64,000 bases of DNA from the NCBI GenBank assembly GCA_963695555.1, contig CAVOGR010000007.1, positions 288,001 to 352,000 on the forward strand. The letters are read 5' to 3'. Both the position numbers and the translations under genes were made by a program. Within the stretch, counting starts at the first letter, position 1; the number at the start of each line of letters is the position of its first letter. Source of the DNA: an uncultured Gemmatimonadales bacterium (lineage in GTDB: Bacteria > Gemmatimonadota > Gemmatimonadetes > Gemmatimonadales > GWC2-71-9). Positions 60,405-64,000 of this stretch are shown in pieces. The notes under the pieces are model-generated. The model was given only the letters and a program-made list of their open reading frames with translations, had not been told where the DNA came from and made no database searches.

Positions 60405-61267
60405 AATTGCTGTTCCGTGAGGCGCTCTTGGCCTTCCGTCGCGCGCCGCTCCTGTCGACTCTGTCCATTACGACGATTGCATTCTCGCTCTTCGCCGTGG
60501 GCCTATTCGGCCTGGTCGCCATCAACATGCGGCAGGCCCTCAGGGGGTTGGAGAGTCGGGTGGAGATCGTCGCATTCATCCTGCACGGGACGCCACTCGA
60601 AACCATCACCCTAGCGGCCGATGACATTTCGAAGTTCCCCGAGGTGGTCTCGGTCGGGTATGTCAACGAGGATTCTGCGTTGGCGCAGGCCCAAGCGGAG
60701 CTCGAGGAATTCAAGGACGCCTATCGGGATCTCGAGATCAATCCCCTCCCTGCGTCATTAGAAATCGGGCTGAAAGAGGGGCATCGTGACGCGGCGTCCG
60801 TCGCCGCGGTCGCCGAACGGCTACAGGGCTTCGGCTTCATCGACGACGTCCGGTTCGGGCGCGAGTGGATCGAGCGATTGGACCGGTTACGCAACGTCGC
60901 CGGCCTGGTTGGCTTGATCATTGGCCTGGCGTTCGCGGCGGTCGCCGTCATCATTATCGGCACGACGATTCGCATGACGGTCCTGCAACGGGCTCGCGAA
61001 ATTGCGATCATGCGCCTGGTCGGGGCCACGAACGGCTTCATCCGCGGTCCGTTTCTGCTCGAGGGAGCCATCAAGGGTCTCTTGGGCGGGCTGTTATCCA
61101 TCGTGTTCATTTACGCCGGGTATATCCTGTTCGGGCGGAACACGCCCATGCTGTCCGGCCTGATCTTCTTCGAGCCGCCCCAGCTCCTGCTCGGCATCCT
61201 GTTCGGGGTGGCCCTCGGTTTGGGCGGAAGCCTCGTCAGCGTAGGGCGGCATCTCCGGAATGTCTGA
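60401..61267 (+). CDS. ftsX: Cell division permease FtsX
   Basis: NPLPAS, REI.IMRLVGAT..FIR.PFLLEG; coupled to ftsE. Confidence 0.93.
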   Translation: MKLLFREALLAFRRAPLLSTLSITTIAFSLFAVGLFGLVAINMRQALRGLESRVEIVAFILHGTPLETITLAADDISKFPEVVSVGYVNEDSALAQAQAELEEFKDAYRDLEINPLPASLEIGLKEGHRDAASVAAVAERLQGFGFIDDVRFGREWIERLDRLRNVAGLVGLIIGLAFAAVAVIIIGTTIRMTVLQRAREIAIMRLVGATNGFIRGPFLLEGAIKGLLGGLLSIVFIYAGYILFGRNTPMLSGLIFFEPPQLLLGILFGVALGLGGSLVSVGRHLRNV

Positions 61268-62444
61268 GACCGGGCCGCGCGCGCTGGCGCTGATGCTCCT
61301 CGTCGCGCTCGGAGCGGTCTTCCCGCTTGCCGGCCAGGAACCGCGGGTCAACCAGGACCTCCTCGAGAGCCAGCGCCGGCTCGATTCCATTCGAACCGAG
61401 CGCGGACGGCTCCGTATGGAGCAACTGCAACTCGAGGGTCGGGTCAAGGACGTCGGTGCGGAGCTCCGAAACATTGAGCGGCAGCGGGAGTCCACCCATC
61501 GCATCGTAAACGAGATCGACCTGCAGATCGGTGGGCTCAACAACAACCTCGCGCAGGTCAGCGCGGAACTCGTCCTGGCGCAGGACAACCTGGCCCAGAA
61601 GCGTGCGGTCCTGCAGCGGCGTCTGGTGGACATTTACAAACGGGGCCCGCTGTACACCTTTCAGGCGCTGCTGGCCGCCGAATCCTTCGGAGACCTGCTC
61701 AGTCGCTACAAGTACCTCTTTACCACGAGCCAGCAGGATCGCGCGCTCCTCGGCGAGGTCGAGAACCTCCGGGACCGCGTCATCCAACAGCGCAACGACC
61801 TACTGCTCATCAAGACCGACCTCGACCGGAGCAAGACCGAACGCCAAGCGGAGCTGTCGCGGTACTCGCAGCTCATGCGGGAGCGAGAGCGCCAGCTTCG
61901 GCGCTTGCAGCGGACCGGTCGGACGACCGAAGAACGCCTCACAGCGCTCGAACGCGACGAGGCGGCACTCAACAACCTCATTGCGCGGCTCCGCACCTCG
62001 GCAGCGAGCGGCGCGCCCGCGCCAGGCGGCCTCACGACGGCGGACATCGGGAATTTGGATTGGCCGGTCGAGGGACGGATCCTCTACAACTTCGGCCGGG
62101 TGCGCCTGCCGAGTGGGGCCATTGTACGGCGCAATGGCATTGGGATCGGCGCCCAAGTCGGGGAAACGGTGCGTGCCGTCGATGCCGGGCGCGTGCTCGG
62201 GGTCCAGCAGGTGGGCACCTACGGACTGATGGTCCTGATCCAGCACGGCACCGATCACATCTCAACCTACGGACAACTGAGCGCCGCGTCGGTGCGGCCG
62301 GGCGATCGGGTAGTCAAGGGTCAGGTCATCGGCACGGTCGGAGGACAGAACACCAACGAGGGCCCGCATCTGTACTTCGAGATCCGGGGACCGGAGGGCA
62401 TTGCACTCGACCCGACCGGCTGGCTCACGAGGCGGCGGCGCTAG
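61260..62444 (+). CDS. envC: Murein hydrolase activator EnvC (coiled coil + degenerate M23)
   Basis: Long coiled coil, WPV.G; zinc ligands degenerate (RNGIGI, HLYFE); follows ftsX. Confidence 0.85.
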   Translation: MSETGPRALALMLLVALGAVFPLAGQEPRVNQDLLESQRRLDSIRTERGRLRMEQLQLEGRVKDVGAELRNIERQRESTHRIVNEIDLQIGGLNNNLAQVSAELVLAQDNLAQKRAVLQRRLVDIYKRGPLYTFQALLAAESFGDLLSRYKYLFTTSQQDRALLGEVENLRDRVIQQRNDLLLIKTDLDRSKTERQAELSRYSQLMRERERQLRRLQRTGRTTEERLTALERDEAALNNLIARLRTSAASGAPAPGGLTTADIGNLDWPVEGRILYNFGRVRLPSGAIVRRNGIGIGAQVGETVRAVDAGRVLGVQQVGTYGLMVLIQHGTDHISTYGQLSAASVRPGDRVVKGQVIGTVGGQNTNEGPHLYFEIRGPEGIALDPTGWLTRRRR

Positions 62445-62529
62445 TGCGCTGCGCACTTCCATGAGCGACGACGGCCATGCGGAAGAACCGCATTTGACCC
62501 GCGTCCGCGCCAGAGTGCATCTTTGGACC

Positions 62530-63126
62530 ATGCGCTGGATCCGCATCGTGCCCGCGATCATGCTCGGCCTGAGCGCACGCGCAGAGGCCCAGACGATCGT
62601 CCATGCTCGCCTGGGTATCACAGGCGCGACCGATTTGGTCACGGACCGCATTACCCGGGAGATCACGGTCCGACAGGATCTGGCACCGACGCTCCTCCTC
62701 GGCGCCTCGGTTGCCGTGTCACCCCGCCTGAACGCGGGAATCGAGGTGAGCGTAGGAACGGGTGGCGTCGACGCGACGGAGGCGGGCGTTACCAGCGACC
62801 TGGGCTCGCTGCGGACGGCGACGATCACCCTCGGCCTGGACGGCCCGTTGGTATGGGAACTCAGGTGGCGAGCCGGCGTCGGCGTGCTCAAGTATTGGCC
62901 GTCAGACGATACAGGAATCTTCGCGCTGGGCGGGCCGACGGACTACCTCCTCGTGGGCGGCGTCGATTACCGGCGCCCGCTGAATCGAGATTGGGCCATC
63001 GTGGCGGGACTCCGGTACGACTACCACCGGTTCACCACGGACGCACTCCAAGCCCGTGGGTTTTCCCAATCGCAGCAAGTCCACCGCCTTGGCATCCTGA
63101 TCGGCATCGCTCGGACACTCTCATGA
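62530..63126 (+). CDS. Outer-membrane beta-barrel-like protein
   Basis: Signal peptide ending AEA-Q; alternating hydrophobic strands; GLRYDY. Confidence 0.6.
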   Translation: MRWIRIVPAIMLGLSARAEAQTIVHARLGITGATDLVTDRITREITVRQDLAPTLLLGASVAVSPRLNAGIEVSVGTGGVDATEAGVTSDLGSLRTATITLGLDGPLVWELRWRAGVGVLKYWPSDDTGIFALGGPTDYLLVGGVDYRRPLNRDWAIVAGLRYDYHRFTTDALQARGFSQSQQVHRLGILIGIARTLS

Positions 63127-63779
63127 ACCTTCGATTCGTCTCCAGACTGACCGCAGGCATCGTTGTCGTGGCCGCCGCCGCGTGCGCGGAGATCGCCGCC
63201 CCGTCCCGAGGAGATTTCTACGAGTGGCGGCTGGTCGTCGGGACCGACACCTTGACGTATCATTGGGCGCCATCGTCGCTGCCAGTCAAGATTTGGGTCG
63301 AAGATCAATTCGACATGCCATCCCACGTTGCGCGTGGCATCCTCGAATGGGAGTCCGCGTTTCTCTACCACGAGTACGCCGCGGCAGTCGTGGCCGATTC
63401 GGGTAGCGCCGACGTGATCGTCCGCGCCATCGTGGCCCCCCCCAAGCTCGCGCAGACACTGACGCGGCTCTGGAGCGGGCTCCGCCCGGAGTGCGAAGGG
63501 GCCACGGACATCGACACCGTAGCGACCCGCTTTCAGCTGCAGCTGCCGATTCGGATGTACGTCTGGCCCCGGTTCGATCCGACGGCGAACGATCTCACCG
63601 AATGTTTCCAGGTGGTAGCGGCCCACGAATTGGGGCATACGATCGGGCTCTTTCTCCATTCGTTCACGCCCAGCGACCTCATGCACTTCGACCCGACGGC
63701 GACCCGGTTGAGCAACCGCGACGTCAACACGGCGGAGTTGAACGCGCATCTGACAGCCACCATGGTGCCCGTCCGGTAA
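63123..63779 (+). CDS. Matrixin/metzincin-type metalloprotease lipoprotein
   Basis: Lipobox AAAC; HELGHTIGLFLHS and Met-turn DLM. Confidence 0.85.
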   Translation: MNLRFVSRLTAGIVVVAAAACAEIAAPSRGDFYEWRLVVGTDTLTYHWAPSSLPVKIWVEDQFDMPSHVARGILEWESAFLYHEYAAAVVADSGSADVIVRAIVAPPKLAQTLTRLWSGLRPECEGATDIDTVATRFQLQLPIRMYVWPRFDPTANDLTECFQVVAAHELGHTIGLFLHSFTPSDLMHFDPTATRLSNRDVNTAELNAHLTATMVPVR

Positions 63780-63885
63780 GCAGCGAACCCGTGCCGGACT
63801 CCTCCGGCCGTCGCTGAGCATTGGGCCGGGGCCCCGTGCGACACCTGATTCACCTCAGCCACGCGCGACACGCGCCAGGATCTCC

Positions 63886-64000
63886 ATGACATTGAAGGTC
63901 ACTACAGCCGATTTTCCGCCCGTGGATCTCACCGCGCACGGCATCCGTGCGGCCCAGGTGCACGCGAACTGGTCTGTTGCCGTCCTCGCAGAGGCCGCCA
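63886..64000 (+). CDS. Partial CDS, possibly phosphoenolpyruvate carboxykinase (ATP) N-terminus
   Basis: MTLKVTTADFPPVDLTAHGIRAAQVHANWSVAVLAEAA resembles the PckA start (DL..GI...V..N.S...L.E.A); truncated by the window edge. Confidence 0.4.
   Translation, partial: MTLKVTTADFPPVDLTAHGIRAAQVHANWSVAVLAEAA

Noticed and set aside
61260..62444. Active M23 endopeptidase
   Set aside because: HxxxD and HxH zinc ligands are degenerate, consistent with ordinary EnvC.

Overview
High-GC bacterial window; gene content and order suggest Gemmatimonadota (inference). The left ~33.6 kb is accessory-looking. It holds an hdrC-hdrB-hdrA operon preceded by a perfect Rex-type operator, a diguanylate cyclase, several secreted peptidases, the glyoxylate shunt (aceB-aceA) and a KUP/KimA-like transporter fused to two USP domains. 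It also holds an archaeal-type HMG-CoA synthase/thiolase/DUF35 trio riddled with 1-nt indels (probably assembly error), an NTP-transferase operon, a trypsin-like lipoprotease followed by a stand-alone copy of its own N-terminal domain, mscS, corA and an OmpA-domain gene. A tyrosine-recombinase relic and a stand-alone tRNA-Ile(GAT) mark the boundary. The right ~30 kb is mostly housekeeping: typA, CDF transporter, CNNM/HlyC, pdxA, two PPIases, mfd, BatA/DUF58, a DUF4384 protein with a CxxCH motif, lepA, waaF, ROK and PfkB kinases, a Cys/Met PLP enzyme and ftsE-ftsX-envC. The most intriguing item is a STAS-GHKL kinase + STAS-wHTH gene pair (CapK/CapS-like architecture) embedded in that housekeeping run with no defence genes visible nearby. 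All calls are from motif recognition by eye; no searches were run.
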